From: Hemiscyllium ocellatum
Lineage: Eukaryota
Reading direction: 5' to 3'
DNA: 34,030 nt
Assembly (NCBI RefSeq): GCF_020745735.1
Contig: NC_083448.1
Coordinates: 20,859,976-20,894,005, forward strand
Below are positions 32,745-34,030 of the stretch, in pieces. The stretch's first letter is position 1; each line of letters starts with the position of its first letter. The translations under genes and the position numbers were made by a program. The notes under the pieces were generated by a model. The model searched no databases and had not been told where the DNA came from. It saw only the letters and a list, made by a program, of their open reading frames with translations.

Positions 32745-33365
32745 CCTCTCCTCCCCCCCCCCCCACACACACACACACACCCCCCCACACACACCCCCAC
32801 ACACAGTGTCTCAGTGGTTAGTGCTGCTGCCTCACAGGCTCAGGGACCTGGGTCTGATGGCACCATCAAGTATCTGCCTGTCTGTCTCCCCCACTGTCTC
32901 TGCATCTGTCTCTGTGGGTGGGTGTTTGTGGGACTGTGGGGGGGGGGGGGGGGGAGTGGATGTGAGGGTCTGTGTGTGTGTGTGTGTGTGTGGGGGGGGG
33001 TGAGAGAGTGGGTCTGCGTGAGTCGGTGTATGGGTGAGGGGGTGTGAGCACGGGGGGGGGTGAGGGTGGGGGGGGTTGCCTTGGGGTGGGTGTGAGTGGG
33101 GAGGTGAGGGGGGTGAGGGGGGTGTATGTGTGAGGGGTGAGGGGTGAGGGGGTGGGGGAGGTGAGGGTGGGGGGGTTGCCTTGGGGTGGGTGTGAGTGGG
33201 GAGGTGAGGGGGGGTGAGGGGGGGTGAGGGGGGTGTATGTGTGAGGGGTGAGGGGTGAGGGGGTGGGGGAGGGGGTGAGGGGGGTGGGGGGCTTCTGTAG
33301 ATCCTTACTGACCCAATGGGCCGAATGGCCTGCTTCCACTCGGTACGGAATCACTGCCCCCTCTA

Positions 33366-33396
<31 letters not shown>

Positions 33397-33460
33397 GCCC
33401 CTCCCTCTACCCCCTTCCCCCCCCCATCTCCCCCTGACTCACCCTCTTCCTCCTCCTCCG
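32745..33460. repeat. C/CA-rich and G/GT-rich low-complexity tracts within and around an HE1 SINE remnant
   Basis: SINE head at 32802-32860 and tail at 33295-33352, separated by G-runs and a ~100-bp direct duplication. Confidence 0.8.
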
Positions 33461-33559
33461 CTGACTCCCGGCGCTCTCTGATGACGCTAAAATAGTGCGA
33501 CCAGGGCACGGCGACTCCAGCCTGCAGCGGCCTCACCTGGCCGGGAGGGTCCACTGCAG
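33443..33559 (-). promoter_or_regulatory. ERLIN2: Candidate ERLIN2 non-coding first exon(s) / promoter region
   Basis: Locally CpG-rich. Two consensus donors on the - strand (G|GTGAGT after 33443; CAG|GTGAGG after 33537). TGACG CRE half-site at 33482-33486. The ATG exon has its own acceptor, so an upstream UTR exon is expected. Confidence 0.5.
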
Positions 33560-33780
33560 CTGGGAGGGAGGGAGTGAGACAGAGAGAGAGGAGAGAGAGA
33601 GAATAATGGACAGAGTATGTGAGAGAGAGAGAGAATGAGAAAGAGAGTGAAAGACATGGACAGAGATAGAGAATGATAAAATGAGAGAAATTGAGAGAGG
33701 GAGGTAGAGAATGATAGAAAGAAAGAACAAGTGAGGGATTGAGAGTGACTGATACATAGAGAGAGAGTGAAATAGAGATT
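33560..33780. repeat. GA-rich low-complexity tract
   Basis: Degenerate (GA)n. Confidence 0.75.
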
Positions 33781-33827
33781 TGGAGTTACAGATCAGGATG
33801 TTGAGATACTGTGGTGGATATATCTAG

Positions 33828-34030
33828 TGTTATGGACCAGACCAGAGCCCCCCTCAAAACATTTAAAGAAAGGAGCCCCTTCCCTAACTTTGCTCGTTGT
33901 TTTAAGAAGGTGTGAGGTAGATATTCCAGGAGGGATGTAGCTGGCCCAACCACTTTATTTTGAACAAAACAAAATTTATTTGCAAGATTACCGAATGAAA
34001 CACAAACAATAGAAAACAGAATAATTTAAA
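33828..34030. mobile_element. Possible start of an LTR, truncated by the window end
   Basis: Abrupt TGTTATGG start and a composition change; the other end is not visible. Confidence 0.35.

Noticed and set aside
32554-33757. Pro-, Gly- and Leu/Ser-rich ORFs
   Set aside because: Translations of homopolymer and microsatellite tracts

Overview
Eukaryotic genomic DNA from a cartilaginous fish, most likely a shark (inferred from HE1-type SINEs and shark-type CR1 and Penelope repeats), with many N gaps. It holds two minus-strand spliced genes in tandem. ERLIN2 is complete: 11 coding exons, 31576->18249, 1023 nt = 340 aa, all GT-AG. It is followed by the first five coding exons of PLPBP/PROSC (13928 or 13910 -> 4765); the remaining exons lie in the gaps or beyond the left edge. 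Introns are filled with decayed CR1 LINEs (several nested), tRNA-derived SINEs and Penelope-like element (PLE) fragments. Nearly all ORFs in the supplied track are repeat-derived noise or partial exon read-throughs. The most unusual feature is the PLPBP 5' end. Exon 1 sits between a 26-bp-period array of 28 CCAAT boxes and an intronic GGGTCA/TCAGGG nuclear-receptor half-site array. Read on the mRNA strand, the CCAAT array forms a chain of ATGA-overlapped 9-codon uORFs that runs into the PLPBP frame. An ETS/NF-kB/HSE motif cluster lies between exon 1 and the intronic array. Several minimal hammerhead-ribozyme motifs from PLE termini occur in introns, including an inverted pair in ERLIN2. No prokaryote-type system (CRISPR etc.) is present. 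All regulatory and ribozyme functions are inferences that need testing.
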